64,000 bases of DNA from Dehalococcoidia bacterium (GCA_963667325.2 CAXXKY010000006.1:49666-113665), one strand, 5' to 3'. Shown: positions 26,898 to 37,078, counted from the stretch's first letter. Notes: a model not told the origin generated them from the letters alone. Numbers and translations are program-made.

Positions 26898-27614
26898 ATG
26901 ACCTCAAACACTCGCCGCGAAGAATTTGACCTGAAGTTGGCTGCCTTGGAAGGCGAAGTAGAGGCGCTTGCCCAGTTCGTCAGCGAGTCCGTCATGCGAT
27001 CGGTCGATGCGCTGAAGAACCGCGATCTAGCCGCATCCCGGCAGGTCATCGACTACGATGACTACATCGACGACAAGCAGTCCGAGATCGAGGACCGCTG
27101 CATCCACCTGATCGCCACCCAGCAACCCGTGGCCCGCGACCTGCGCGCCATCATCGTCCTGTTGCACATCGCCGTTGAACTGGAGCGCATGGGCGACTAC
27201 GCCGAGGGTATCGGCAAGATCAGCCTTCGCATGGGCAACGAGCCGACCCTGAAGCCCTTGATCGACATCCCCCGCATGGCTGAAAAGGCCACCGACATGC
27301 TGCGGGACAGCATCGACGCGCTGCTAAACCGCGATACCGCGAAGGCACAGGCGGTACTCGATGCTGATGACGAGGTGGACGACCTGTACGACCAGGTCTA
27401 CCATGAACTCTTGCTCTTCATGATCGAGGATCCGCACGTCATCCAGCGAGCAACCTACCTGCTGTGGGTGGCCCACGATATCGAACGCATCGCGGACCGC
27501 GCAACCAACATTGCCGAACAGGTGATTTTCCTGGTCGACGGTCGTGATATCGACGTTCGCCCCGTCCCCCTGCGTCGGCTGCACCGCGAACGGCTGGAAG
27601 CCTACGCCAGATAG
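26898..27614 (+). CDS. phoU: Phosphate signalling complex protein PhoU
   Basis: 238-aa ORF with two PhoU repeats (ARDLRAIIVLLHIAVELERMGDYA and ATYLLWVAHDIERIADRATNIAE). Confidence 0.9.
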   Translation: MTSNTRREEFDLKLAALEGEVEALAQFVSESVMRSVDALKNRDLAASRQVIDYDDYIDDKQSEIEDRCIHLIATQQPVARDLRAIIVLLHIAVELERMGDYAEGIGKISLRMGNEPTLKPLIDIPRMAEKATDMLRDSIDALLNRDTAKAQAVLDADDEVDDLYDQVYHELLLFMIEDPHVIQRATYLLWVAHDIERIADRATNIAEQVIFLVDGRDIDVRPVPLRRLHRERLEAYAR

Positions 27615-27636
27615 TAGACTCCCATCGGCCTCTTGA

Positions 27637-27671
27637 CCCGGCGCTTGGTACGAGCGCCGGGTTTTTCTTTT
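27637..27671 (+). terminator. Rho-independent terminator after phoU
   Basis: CCCGGCGCT-tggtacg-AGCGCCGGG followed by TTTTTCTTTT. Confidence 0.85.
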
Positions 27672-27760
27672 GCGACCTGGCCCTGGTAGTGACATTCGAC
27701 CATTGACCCATCCAGTTATGTCTTTTAGAATAAGAACAGATGTTTTATAGAGGTTGACGC

Positions 27761-28744
27761 ATGGCGGGTGCTCAAGTTACCGAAATTCACTGCAAGACAC
27801 TTCTCAACCGGCTGGATATTCCTTCGTTCCCTTTTCGCTGGACGCTTAATCCGTACCGCGGATGTCGCCACGCGTGCCGGTACTGCTACGCCAGGCCCAC
27901 CCACGAATTTTGGGGCATGGACGCCGGCCGAGATTTCGAGCAGCGGGTCTTCGCCAAGGTCAATTCCCCGCAGGTGCTTCGCAAGGAACTGAAGCGCCCC
28001 AGCTGGCGGGGAGAATCCATCGCCATCGGCACAGCCTCGGATCCATACGAACCGGCCGATGCTGAATACAAGCTCACTCGCGGCGTGCTCCAGGTACTCG
28101 TGGATTTCGGAAACCCTTGTAGCATCACCACCAAGGGAGTGCTGGTACGCCGCGACGTCGACCTGCTGCGGCGGCTGAGCGAGGTGGCCGAGGTCAGCGT
28201 CAACTTCAGCGTTGGAACCATCGACGATGAAATCTGGCAGCAGACCGAGCCGGGCGCTCCCCGCCCTCAGTCTCGGCTGGAGGCCATGCAGTACCTGGTG
28301 GAGAACGGCATAAACGCTGGCGTGATGATGGCTCCGTTGCTCCCCGGCATCAGCGATCACGAGGAAAACATCGCTGCCGTAGCTGAGGCCGCCCACGCTC
28401 ATGGCGCGAAGTTTCTTGGCGCAAACGTCCTTTTCCTCAAGCCTGGCTCCAAGGAATGGTTCATGCCCATGCTGCGAGAGACATATCCGCACCTGGAGCA
28501 AGGCTACGCCAAGCTTTACCGCAGGACCTACGCCCCGGAGGAGTACACGAGGAACGTCCTGTCCATCGTGGACCGTGAGCGCCGTCGCTGGGACCTCCAC
28601 CGCCGGGAACGCGATCCGGCCCCGAGACCGGTGCGCGGCCAGCTCGAACTCAGTCCGACGCAGGCCCCGCCCGCCCGCCGTCGCAAGCCGGCACCCGCTT
28701 CCGCACCGGTGATGGGACAGTTGGAGCTAGCTCTGACGGCCTAA
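27761..28744 (+). CDS. Radical SAM protein (SplB/Rv2578c-like, COG1533 type)
   Basis: 327-aa ORF. NPYRGCRHACRYCYA provides the CxxxCxxC cluster motif in the typical context. Confidence 0.8.
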   Translation: MAGAQVTEIHCKTLLNRLDIPSFPFRWTLNPYRGCRHACRYCYARPTHEFWGMDAGRDFEQRVFAKVNSPQVLRKELKRPSWRGESIAIGTASDPYEPADAEYKLTRGVLQVLVDFGNPCSITTKGVLVRRDVDLLRRLSEVAEVSVNFSVGTIDDEIWQQTEPGAPRPQSRLEAMQYLVENGINAGVMMAPLLPGISDHEENIAAVAEAAHAHGAKFLGANVLFLKPGSKEWFMPMLRETYPHLEQGYAKLYRRTYAPEEYTRNVLSIVDRERRRWDLHRRERDPAPRPVRGQLELSPTQAPPARRRKPAPASAPVMGQLELALTA

Positions 28745-28783
28745 TCCTCGGTCGACCCGCTGGTATCTGTGGAACAAACCGGA

Positions 28784-28828
28784 GCCCGTTTGTCTGATGT
28801 TGTAGTACGGACAAACGGGCTTTATATT
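28784..28828 (+). terminator. Hairpin terminator candidate after the radical SAM gene
   Basis: GCCCGTTTGTC-15 nt-GACAAACGGGC followed by TTTATATT. Confidence 0.6.
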
Positions 28829-28891
28829 GGTGCCGATTGGGGGTAACGCTTCAGCGCACAGCAATGCGATGTCAGAAAAGGGCGTCTCGGC

Positions 28892-30295
28892 CTACCGGGA
28901 ATATCTGTATCCATCCCCCGTCCTGTCGCAGTTAAGCCTGCGGCTCAGGTGCAGCCCCTCCAGCACAAATTCTGCGGCGGCGGCAACTGCCTCGGGTCTC
29001 TGGTCGCCCTCCGTCAGCTTCAGCACCGGCCCCTGCAATCCGTCGATGGAAGAGACCAACTCAGGGTATTCACTGGATGGACGGTCGCTGCCAGTCTGGG
29101 CAATCTGGCCCAAATCAAAGGCCATGATCACATCCTCCAAGTCTTCGAGGCTGAAGTACGTCCCGAAAATCCTCAACAGCGCACGGCGCGTCAGTTCGTC
29201 CGTGACCCTCGACTCCCGCCCGTCTTCGAATGTCTCCAATTCGATTTTGCCAGCAAAAGAGGCCACGATGTAGGAAAGATCGCTGACACGGGGACAGGCC
29301 CATTCCTCGCCGTTGATTATGCTGCGACGCACCGCGTTGGACAGGGCTGTCTCGAAGTTGGCGATCGACACCCGGACACTGACGCCGGAACGCTGGTTGA
29401 TCTCGCTGCTCTGCCTGGCCTGTGCCGTAATTTCGGCCAGAATACGCTTCATGTATTCAGGGACAATCAGTTTCTCCTCGTCCGGGAAGCGATTGCGCTC
29501 CTGTTCCATGATGGCGATTTCGTCTCTGGGATCCCTCGGATAATGCGTGTGGATCTGGGAACCGTACCGGTCCTTCAGCGGAGTCACTATTCGGCCTCGG
29601 TTTGTGTAGTCCTCCGGGTTCGCCGTGGATACGACGTACACGTCCAGCGGCAGACGAATGCGGTAGCCCTTGATCTGAACGTCCCGCTCTTCCATCAGGT
29701 TGAAGAGGCCCACCTGGATGCGTTCGGCCAGGTCCGGGAGTTCATTGATGCAGAAAATGCCCCTGTTGGTGCGGGGGACCAGGCCGTAGTGGATAACCAG
29801 TTCGTCGGACAGATAGTGCCCTTCCGCAACCTTGATTGGGTCAATCTCTCCAATCAGATCTGCGATGGAAATGTCCGGCGTCGCCAGCTTTTCCGAGTAC
29901 CGCTCCTCCCTGGGCAGCCATTCGATGGGGGTGTAATCTCCCTCTTCGGCCACACGATTGCGGCAGGACTGGCAGATCGGATGATAGGGATTATCGTTGA
30001 TTTCGCAACCCGCAATCTTCGGAATGTATTCGTCCAGCAGGTTGACCATTCCACGAATCAGGCGGGACTTGGCTTGACCTCGCTCGCCCAGCAGGATAAC
30101 GTCCTGTCCGGCAAGAATCGCGTTCTCGAGCTGCGGGATAACCGATTCCTCAAACCCGATGATACCGGGAAACACGATTTCCTCAGATCGAATCCGGGAA
30201 ATAAGGTTATTGCGTATCTCTTCACGGACTGGGCGAACCTCGTAGCCGCTGCTACGCAGGTCGTCTATGGTTCGCAGAGCGCTGTAATCGATCAT
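28892..30295 (-). CDS. AAA+ ATPase, Mg-chelatase ChlI/BchI-like
   Basis: ORF 28892-30541 trimmed to ATG 30295 (MIDYSALRT...). Contains LLGERGQAKS (Walker A), IFCINELPDL (Walker B) and the ChlI-like segment VVSTANPEDYTNRGRIVTPLKDR. Confidence 0.75.
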   Translation of the reverse strand: MIDYSALRTIDDLRSSGYEVRPVREEIRNNLISRIRSEEIVFPGIIGFEESVIPQLENAILAGQDVILLGERGQAKSRLIRGMVNLLDEYIPKIAGCEINDNPYHPICQSCRNRVAEEGDYTPIEWLPREERYSEKLATPDISIADLIGEIDPIKVAEGHYLSDELVIHYGLVPRTNRGIFCINELPDLAERIQVGLFNLMEERDVQIKGYRIRLPLDVYVVSTANPEDYTNRGRIVTPLKDRYGSQIHTHYPRDPRDEIAIMEQERNRFPDEEKLIVPEYMKRILAEITAQARQSSEINQRSGVSVRVSIANFETALSNAVRRSIINGEEWACPRVSDLSYIVASFAGKIELETFEDGRESRVTDELTRRALLRIFGTYFSLEDLEDVIMAFDLGQIAQTGSDRPSSEYPELVSSIDGLQGPVLKLTEGDQRPEAVAAAAEFVLEGLHLSRRLNCDRTGDGYRYSR

Positions 30296-30437
30296 TTGGA
30301 ATGGCTCCAACACCGTTTGCAAAGGATCTGGCCCTGGTTCGCGGCCTCGGACATTGGCCCCCAACCGCGAAGTTTGTACAAACTTAACACAACTTCCCCT
30401 ATAATTGAACGCAGCGGCGATCAGCGGAGGCTGCGCA

Positions 30438-30809
30438 ATGTTTAGTCGTCTGGCGATTCCTCTCCTTCTTTTCCTGGTGCCCCGCTTTCTGCCACACATA
30501 CTGAGGTTCGCTCGGCTGGTGTGGCGGTTGTCCTTTGACAAGCGGGTACCGATTCTTTTGCGTGCCTTGTTGCCTGTAGCAATAATCTACGCTGTGTCGC
30601 CCTTCGATCTCGTGCCTGACCGGCTCCCGATTCTTGGCAGGTTCGATGACCTGATCTTCATCGCACTGTCCCTGTTGCTCCTGGTGAAACTGTCTCCCAA
30701 GGAAGCAGTGGACGAGCACAACGGTGTTGCGCCCCCGTCCAACCGCCCTGAGGAAAAGGACCCCAAAAACGTTGTGGACGGCTCCGGTCGCATAATCGAC
30801 GACGAATAG
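30438..30809 (+). CDS. DUF1232 (YkvA-like) membrane protein
   Basis: ORF trimmed to ATG 30438, with GGAGG 8 nt upstream. IIYAVSPFDLVPDRLPILGRFDDL is the DUF1232 signature. Confidence 0.75.
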   Translation: MFSRLAIPLLLFLVPRFLPHILRFARLVWRLSFDKRVPILLRALLPVAIIYAVSPFDLVPDRLPILGRFDDLIFIALSLLLLVKLSPKEAVDEHNGVAPPSNRPEEKDPKNVVDGSGRIIDDE

Positions 30810-30920
30810 ATTCGCTTCCGTCCTCCTTCCGATCGTTCTGCACGGAGGAACACCATCGCCTCAATCGAACAGCCATCTGCCCTGCGGGATTCCGGGAGCA
30901 GGGTGGTTCCTCTTCCTGGC

Positions 30921-32099
30921 ATGGGACTGTACATCCACGTACCTTTCTGCAAGACCAAATGCCCCTACTGCGACTTCAATACCTACCAGGGCATCGAGTC
31001 GCAAATGGAGAGCTACCTCCAGGCGGTGACCGGCGAGATTCGGCTTTGGGGTAGCGCCTTGGGGCGCCCGCGCGTACGTACAATATTCTTCGGCGGGGGC
31101 ACTCCGTCATATCTGCCAGAGGGCGACATCGCAGAAATAATGCAGGTGGCCGGTGACGCTTTCCGCATCGATCCTGAAGCTGAAGTTACCCTCGAAGCCA
31201 ATCCCGGCGACCTCGACTCGAATGCGTGCCAGGGCCTGCTTCGTCAGGGCGTCAACCGCCTCAGCATTGGCGTGCAGAGCCTCGACAACGGTTTGCTCCG
31301 GCTTCTGGGGCGCAGGCATTCGGCCGACGGGGCAGTAGAGGCATTCCAGACAGCACGGAACGCCGGCTTTACCAACGTGAATCTCGACCTCATGTACGGC
31401 CTTCCTGACCAGACACTCGACCAGTGGAGCGACACGATTGAGCGGCTGGCTGCGCTTTCTCCGGAACACATCTCCCTCTATGCATTGACCCTTGAAGAAG
31501 GGACGCCCATGCGAGTGTGGGCGGACCAGGGCAAGATACCCGAACCCGACCCTGATCTCGCGGCTGACATGTATGCCAAGGCAAGGACCGTGCTGGAGGC
31601 TTCCGGCTATCACCACTACGAGATTTCAAACTGGTCTCAGCAGGGCCTGGAGTCGCAGCACAATCTGATTTACTGGCGCAATGAACCATACCTCGGCGTC
31701 GGACCCGGGGCCCATTCCCGCCTTGGGGAGTACCGATTCTGGACGGTCCTTTCACCCCGCGACTACGCAGGGCGAGCGGCTTCGTGGCAGGAGGCGCCGA
31801 CCCCGGCCTGGCAGGCTTTCGGCGAGTCAGAATTGAGCGAAGCCCGCACCGTGGACGGCTGGGAACACATAGACGAGGCTACCCGCTGCGCCGAGACCAT
31901 GTTCCTCGGACTGCGCCTGCTGGATGGACTGTCCCTGCCGCTGGCCTCCGCCGCCGTTGGCCAGGACCTCGAATCCCGCTACAGGACCGAGATAGATGAA
32001 CTTCTGGCCCTGGGACTCCTTCGGAGAGACGGGGAAACCATCCGACTCGCTGAGTCCGCATACCTGATCGCCAATCAGGTATTCACTCGGTTCCTGTAA
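30921..32099 (+). CDS. hemW: Radical SAM heme chaperone HemW (coproporphyrinogen III oxidase-like)
   Basis: ORF trimmed to MGLYIHVPFCKTKCPYCDFNTY. Also has GGGTPS, the HemN-like body and a C-terminal HemN_C region. Confidence 0.85.
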   Translation: MGLYIHVPFCKTKCPYCDFNTYQGIESQMESYLQAVTGEIRLWGSALGRPRVRTIFFGGGTPSYLPEGDIAEIMQVAGDAFRIDPEAEVTLEANPGDLDSNACQGLLRQGVNRLSIGVQSLDNGLLRLLGRRHSADGAVEAFQTARNAGFTNVNLDLMYGLPDQTLDQWSDTIERLAALSPEHISLYALTLEEGTPMRVWADQGKIPEPDPDLAADMYAKARTVLEASGYHHYEISNWSQQGLESQHNLIYWRNEPYLGVGPGAHSRLGEYRFWTVLSPRDYAGRAASWQEAPTPAWQAFGESELSEARTVDGWEHIDEATRCAETMFLGLRLLDGLSLPLASAAVGQDLESRYRTEIDELLALGLLRRDGETIRLAESAYLIANQVFTRFL

Positions 32100-32277
32100 C
32101 AGCCTGTGGCAGCGTGGTATTCTAAAATCCACCCTGATATGTCAATGCCCGGTCCGTCTTACGAACTGGGCCCCTGACTCTGAGGGACCAGTAGGCTAGA
32201 ATACCAGGCTCCAATGGCTCTCCAGAAGTCCAGCCTCCCGTTTACGTTCATTTCATTGCGATATAGAGAGAACACTG

Positions 32278-34143
32278 ATGTACGTAATTGGCACTGCCGG
32301 CCACGTTGACCATGGCAAGTCCACGCTGGTGAAGGCGTTGACCGACATTGATCCCGATCGTCTGCCCGAAGAGAAGGAGCGGGAGATGACCGTCGATCTG
32401 GGCTTCGCGTGGATGACGCTGCCCAGCGGTCGCGAGGTCAGCATTGTCGACGTGCCGGGCCACGAACGCTTCATCAAGAACATGCTGGCCGGCGTGGGCG
32501 GCATTGACCTGGCTCTCCTCATCGTCGCGGCAGACGAGAGCGTGATGCAGCAGACGCGGGAGCACCTGGCGATCCTCGACATCCTTCAGGTAACGCGCGG
32601 AATGGTCGTCGTAACCAAGACCGACCTCGTGGACGAAGAACTGGTCGAGCTGGTGAAGGCCGAAGTCGAAGATGTTCTCACCGGAACATCTTTCGAGGGC
32701 TGTCCCATGGTGGGTGTTTCCGCTTACACCGGCGACGGCATGGACGAACTGCGCGGCATGATCGACAGCATACTCGATGACACGGAAGCTCGCCGAGATC
32801 TGGGCCGTCCGCGTCTCCCCATTGACCGCTGCTTCACCATATCCGGCTTCGGGACGGTTGTTACCGGCACCCTGATAGACGGATCGCTGGCCGTGGGACA
32901 GGAGATAGAATTTGCTGGTTCACAGCAGCGCGCCAGGATACGGGGGCTGCAGAGCCACAAGACCCGCGTGACCAGCGCCGAGCCGGGTGTCCGGCTCGCC
33001 GTGAACCTCTCCGGCATCTCCCGCGACGACATTCAGCGCGGCGAAATTCTCACTTCCCCCGGATGGTTGCGCCCGGCCAACCGGCTCGACGCCCGCATGC
33101 GGATGGTCAACGACGCACCCCATTCCCTGAAGCACAACGAGGGCGTCACCTTCCACCTGTTCACCGGCGAGTCTCCTGCTCGGGCCCGCCTCCTGGACGC
33201 AGAGCAACTCGCGCCTGGCGTCGAGGGATGGGTCCAGATACTGTTGTCTGATGCGCTTCCTGTAGTTAAGGGTGACTATTTCGTCATCCGTTCCGCCGAC
33301 AGCACTCTCGGAGGCGGGCAGGTTGTGGACCCCAACCCTCGCCGCCGACACCGCCGCTTCGACCCTGGCGTTGCCGAACGCCTGATGCTGCTGGATGAAG
33401 GCGCCAGCGAGGACGTGATCGTCAGCGTTGCCGAGCAATGGGGCCCCTGCGGCCTCACGGAGCTGTCGCGACGCGCCAATCTGCCGCGAGAGGAAGCTCT
33501 GGAACGCGCTGTTGCCTTGGCGGAAGAAGGCGACCTTGTCGCCCTGGGAGACCTGGCATCCGACGGCGATGCTGTCGTTTATTCCTCGCTCGGATGGGGC
33601 ACCCTCAAGGGCAGGCTGGCCACCGCTCTGCGCTCCCACCACGACCAGTACCCCCTGCGCAAAGGAGCGCCGGCCCAGGAAATTCGCAGCCGTCTCGGGC
33701 TTTCCCAGCCCGTCTATCTTCGTGCTTTGGTCCTGCTGACCAGCGAAGGGTTCGTTGTCGAGGATGGCCAGACCGTGCGACTGCCGGGCCATGAGGTGAC
33801 ATTCAGCTCGAAGGTCGAGCAGCAGGTTGCCCGTTTCCTGCAGGCCCTGGAGCGGGAACCCTACTCGCCTCCCACCGACAACCAGCCGGACCCGGAAGTG
33901 CTGGGAGCGCTGGTGGACCAGGGCAAGGTGGTGCGCGTCGGCGACTCAGTGGTCTTCGCCGCCGATGCCTACCGCGAAATGACCGACCGCGTCGTTGCCC
34001 ACCTGCGCGAACATGGGACCATCACCGTGGCCGAGGCCCGGACCCTCTTTGACACCAGCCGCAAGTATATTCTGCCCCTGCTGGAACGCATGGACCAGGA
34101 GCAGATAACCCGCCGTTCCGGCGACGAGCGCGTCCTGAGGTAG
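32278..34143 (+). CDS. selB: Selenocysteine-specific translation elongation factor SelB
   Basis: 621-aa ORF. It has [21 protein letters not shown] and TKTD G-motifs, plus a long C-terminal winged-helix extension typical of SelB length and architecture. Confidence 0.85.
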   Translation: MYVIGTAGHVDHGKSTLVKALTDIDPDRLPEEKEREMTVDLGFAWMTLPSGREVSIVDVPGHERFIKNMLAGVGGIDLALLIVAADESVMQQTREHLAILDILQVTRGMVVVTKTDLVDEELVELVKAEVEDVLTGTSFEGCPMVGVSAYTGDGMDELRGMIDSILDDTEARRDLGRPRLPIDRCFTISGFGTVVTGTLIDGSLAVGQEIEFAGSQQRARIRGLQSHKTRVTSAEPGVRLAVNLSGISRDDIQRGEILTSPGWLRPANRLDARMRMVNDAPHSLKHNEGVTFHLFTGESPARARLLDAEQLAPGVEGWVQILLSDALPVVKGDYFVIRSADSTLGGGQVVDPNPRRRHRRFDPGVAERLMLLDEGASEDVIVSVAEQWGPCGLTELSRRANLPREEALERAVALAEEGDLVALGDLASDGDAVVYSSLGWGTLKGRLATALRSHHDQYPLRKGAPAQEIRSRLGLSQPVYLRALVLLTSEGFVVEDGQTVRLPGHEVTFSSKVEQQVARFLQALEREPYSPPTDNQPDPEVLGALVDQGKVVRVGDSVVFAADAYREMTDRVVAHLREHGTITVAEARTLFDTSRKYILPLLERMDQEQITRRSGDERVLR

Positions 34144-34225
34144 GTTCAGCAGCCAGCTCACATCCCCGCGACCGGTCTCCCAATCGTGATGAGCAGCAGC
34201 CTAGACGCAAGCAGCCTGCTCTCAT

Positions 34226-35491
34226 TCACTCGCCGAGGTACCTCAGGAATTCCTCATAGGTGCCAAACTGGGACACCGTCCGCAGGAAATCCCCCAGTGT
34301 GTCGCTCCTTTCCCTCAGATCTCTCAATTGACCTTCGATCGGACTGACAGAAGCGGCGCTGGTGGCGTAGGAACCGTAGAAGGCGAAGTACGCCTGGTTG
34401 ATCTTGCGGATGCGGTATCCTCGTTCCAGCAATTCCTGCCGTCGCTCTTCCATGTAGCTTTCGGCATCCGCGACCTGCCCCTGCTCCAGCAGGTCCTCCG
34501 TGTGCTGTCTTGTCTCCCGCATATGGGCGCTGAAGTCAAAGACGTTCGGGTCCCGCTCGGACGGAGGCGCGGGTGGTTTCCGGTCATAATTGATGCCTGT
34601 CATCGCTTCATAGACCCGGTCTCCGATCTCCCATCCGCCCAGGGTTGCCGCCGTTTCGTTCAGGGTGGTCATGTCAGGACTATCCCAGAAAGCTTGTCCA
34701 AGGGGATGGAAAAAGAACCAGTTGTGCAGCCATTCGTGCGCGACAGTAATTGCCGCGTGGTGCATGTTGCTCGATGATGACACGACGCTGGGGAATGTCC
34801 CAACGCCACCGGTGTTCACGACAATGGCCGACAGGTCCCGTTCTTCCAGCGTCTTGTGTTCCAGCAGTTCCCGCTCGTCTGGGCGGATGCCGTGACGCAG
34901 CAGGGTATTCTCCTGCCGGAATATACGGTCCCTTGGTGAGGTGACGAGCAGGGCTGGGGAGTGCCCGAATACGGTATCGACCGGCGGCAGGATTGCTCCG
35001 ATACGGGACGAGAAGCCTTCCTCCACCAGCACCGAGCTGACTTCTCTCTCGACAGTCTGTTCCACAATCGGACGGAGAATGTTCTGGCGTTCGTGAATGT
35101 CCGCCAGTCTAATACTGATTTCTCGGGCTTCGGGAGACGATTCGCCGACGGTCAGCAGATCATTTTCCAGCCGGCGTTCTTCCTCGCCGATCCGAAAGAA
35201 CTCCTCCACCAGCGCAATGCGTTCGGGGCGTGGTTGTGGCGAGTTCCATGGCAGGAGATTGACCAGCTCGTGGTACCACTTGTCAAAGACGTTTCCTGCT
35301 TCCCATGCCAGCAGGTTGAAGCGATAGGAGGCTACGGCCACTTCTGTGTCCGTCGGACGGTAATCCCGCCCGCACCAGAGTAGAAGTGCTGCCAAGGCCA
35401 CCACAAACAACCCCTGCGTGGACGCACGGAAAAGTAATCGAAGACCAGTGGCGATCGTCGCGGCGTATTCCGGCCGGCCAGTAATGCTCAT
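34226..35491 (-). CDS. Hypothetical membrane-anchored protein with HExxH motif (putative metallopeptidase)
   Basis: 421-aa ORF with an N-terminal TM (GLFVVALAALLLW). It has a single VAHEWLHNW (HExxH) motif. No further family assignment is possible by eye. Confidence 0.5.
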   Translation of the reverse strand: MSITGRPEYAATIATGLRLLFRASTQGLFVVALAALLLWCGRDYRPTDTEVAVASYRFNLLAWEAGNVFDKWYHELVNLLPWNSPQPRPERIALVEEFFRIGEEERRLENDLLTVGESSPEAREISIRLADIHERQNILRPIVEQTVEREVSSVLVEEGFSSRIGAILPPVDTVFGHSPALLVTSPRDRIFRQENTLLRHGIRPDERELLEHKTLEERDLSAIVVNTGGVGTFPSVVSSSSNMHHAAITVAHEWLHNWFFFHPLGQAFWDSPDMTTLNETAATLGGWEIGDRVYEAMTGINYDRKPPAPPSERDPNVFDFSAHMRETRQHTEDLLEQGQVADAESYMEERRQELLERGYRIRKINQAYFAFYGSYATSAASVSPIEGQLRDLRERSDTLGDFLRTVSQFGTYEEFLRYLGE

Positions 35492-35606
35492 ACCCGACCC
35501 TTAGCTGCCTGCCTGATCTCTTTCCGGAGGCAGCTACCGTTTCTACGACCGTCACCAAATTCCCGATGCAGTTTTTTTCCGCGACTAAGTCGGCAGCCCG
35601 AGGAAA

Positions 35607-36773
35607 TTAAGCCAGCACGCGATAGCGGTAGCTGGACTCCATCAGGTCGCCCTCTTCGAAACGGCTGAACCTGAGAGGCGAAACATCTATAGTCGACGAA
35701 GTCCCTTCCGCTACCATCTCCGCTATGCTGAGCCCGATCATCGGCGATAGCTTGAATCCATGCCCGCTGAATCCAACGGCGCAATACAGGCCATCCACCC
35801 CCGGCGCCTGGTCCAGTATCGGATGCCAGTCGGGAGTGGTCGTGAACAATCCGGCCCACCCACCGCGGAAATAGGCATCGGACATCGCCGGAATACGGCG
35901 CGCCAGCTTTTCCTTGGCGGCGGACATGTCATCCAGTCCGGAAAGCTGGTTGTATGTCTCAACGTCGGCTTCTTCGTCGTCGCCAAATCCCATCAGCGTC
36001 ATGCGAGGCCCATCGGGTCTGAAGGAGAAGGACTGCGCGATGTCTCCGACTGCCGGATGCAGAGGCAATTTGTCCACTGGCCTAGCCAGGGACGCCACCT
36101 GGTGGCGCACCGTCACCAGCGGAACGTCCACTCCCACTCTGGCCAGTTCCGCCTTCGACCACGGCCCTGCGGCCATCACCACTGCCGGGGTCTCGATGCG
36201 TCCTTGGGGAGTGTTGACTGCCCGCACCCGTCCTTCGGAAACGTCGATCCCGGAAGACTGCACCCCGAGGTTTATCTCGGCGCCCATGCCTATGGCAGCG
36301 TTGGCGTATGACGATGTCACCAGGTATGGGTCGGCGTAACCGGACTGCGGCTCCCAGCCCATGGCCTCGTCCTCCGACACCGACACCATTGGGGCTATGT
36401 CGAGCAGGTCTTCAGCCGTCACCACCATGGTGTCAATGCCCAGACCCAGCTGCATAGCGCAGTTGTGCTGCAAGCCCGGACGGTCGTCCTCCTTTACCAC
36501 CACCAGGTAACCCGTCTCGGTAAAGCCTGAGGGTCCGCCCACGATCTCTTCAAAGTTGGAAAATACCTTGAGGCTCTCCCAGGCCATCGTGGCAGTTACC
36601 GGATTGGAGTAGTGCATGCGGCAGATCGACTGGCTGCGGCCGGTGGATCCCCCGTTGAGGATATCCTTTTCCAGCAACACCGTATTGGTGATCCCCAGTT
36701 TTGCCAGGTTGAAAAGAATACTGCAGCCCATCACGCCGCCGCCGATGACCACAACGTCCGCCGTTGCCCGCAT
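35607..36773 (-). CDS. FAD-dependent oxidoreductase (DAO family; sarcosine/glycine oxidase-like)
   Basis: ORF trimmed to ATG 36773 with GGAGGAGG RBS. DVVVIGGGVMGCS is a dinucleotide-binding motif, followed by a DAO-like body. Confidence 0.8.
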   Translation of the reverse strand: MRATADVVVIGGGVMGCSILFNLAKLGITNTVLLEKDILNGGSTGRSQSICRMHYSNPVTATMAWESLKVFSNFEEIVGGPSGFTETGYLVVVKEDDRPGLQHNCAMQLGLGIDTMVVTAEDLLDIAPMVSVSEDEAMGWEPQSGYADPYLVTSSYANAAIGMGAEINLGVQSSGIDVSEGRVRAVNTPQGRIETPAVVMAAGPWSKAELARVGVDVPLVTVRHQVASLARPVDKLPLHPAVGDIAQSFSFRPDGPRMTLMGFGDDEEADVETYNQLSGLDDMSAAKEKLARRIPAMSDAYFRGGWAGLFTTTPDWHPILDQAPGVDGLYCAVGFSGHGFKLSPMIGLSIAEMVAEGTSSTIDVSPLRFSRFEEGDLMESSYRYRVLA

Positions 36774-36866
36774 GGTAACGCCTCCTCCGGATGCTGCGCA
36801 TAAACTTACCCCCACACTCTGACGTTGGCAAGAGCGGCGTTGCTTCGAATCCGTTTAAAATACCCA

Positions 36867-36895
36867 TTGACACTTAAATTACTAAGGAGTAAATT
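36867..36895 (+). promoter_or_regulatory. Candidate sigma70-type promoter upstream of the sulfite reductase leader
   Basis: TTGACA (36867-36872)-17 nt-TAAATT (36890-36895). Confidence 0.45.
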
Positions 36896-36901
36896 GGCCA
36901 C

Positions 36902-37042
36902 GTGAATAGTAATCGGTCCGTAGCATTCGCTTGTTGTACCTGTCCGCCCACATAGGTGGGGATAGCCTGCTGCGTTAGCCGATCAGCGCAAATAGACTGC
37001 AATGCCCGCCGAGGAATATGTAACCGGCGGGCTTTTTCTTTT
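36902..37042 (+). promoter_or_regulatory. Candidate cis-regulatory leader (attenuator or riboswitch-like) ending in an intrinsic terminator
   Basis: About 140 nt lie between the promoter and the terminator. Segments CCGCCCAC (36944-36951), GGTGGGG (36955-36961), GCCCGCCG (37004-37011) and CGGCGGGC (37025-37032) allow 1:2, 2:3 or 3:4 pairing. Confidence 0.4.
37004..37042 (+). terminator. Rho-independent terminator 37 nt upstream of the sulfite reductase start
   Basis: GCCCGCCG-13 nt-CGGCGGGC followed by TTTTTCTTTT. Confidence 0.8.
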
Positions 37043-37078
37043 GTCAAATTTTAAGCATCTATAGTCGGGGAGGAGATT

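Noticed and set aside
32100-32277. Possible tRNA-Sec (selC) immediately upstream of selB.
   Set aside because: The region has no T-loop (GTTCGAATC-like), no D-arm and no UCA anticodon in a 7-nt loop context. Only a 10-bp inverted repeat is present, and that is reported separately.
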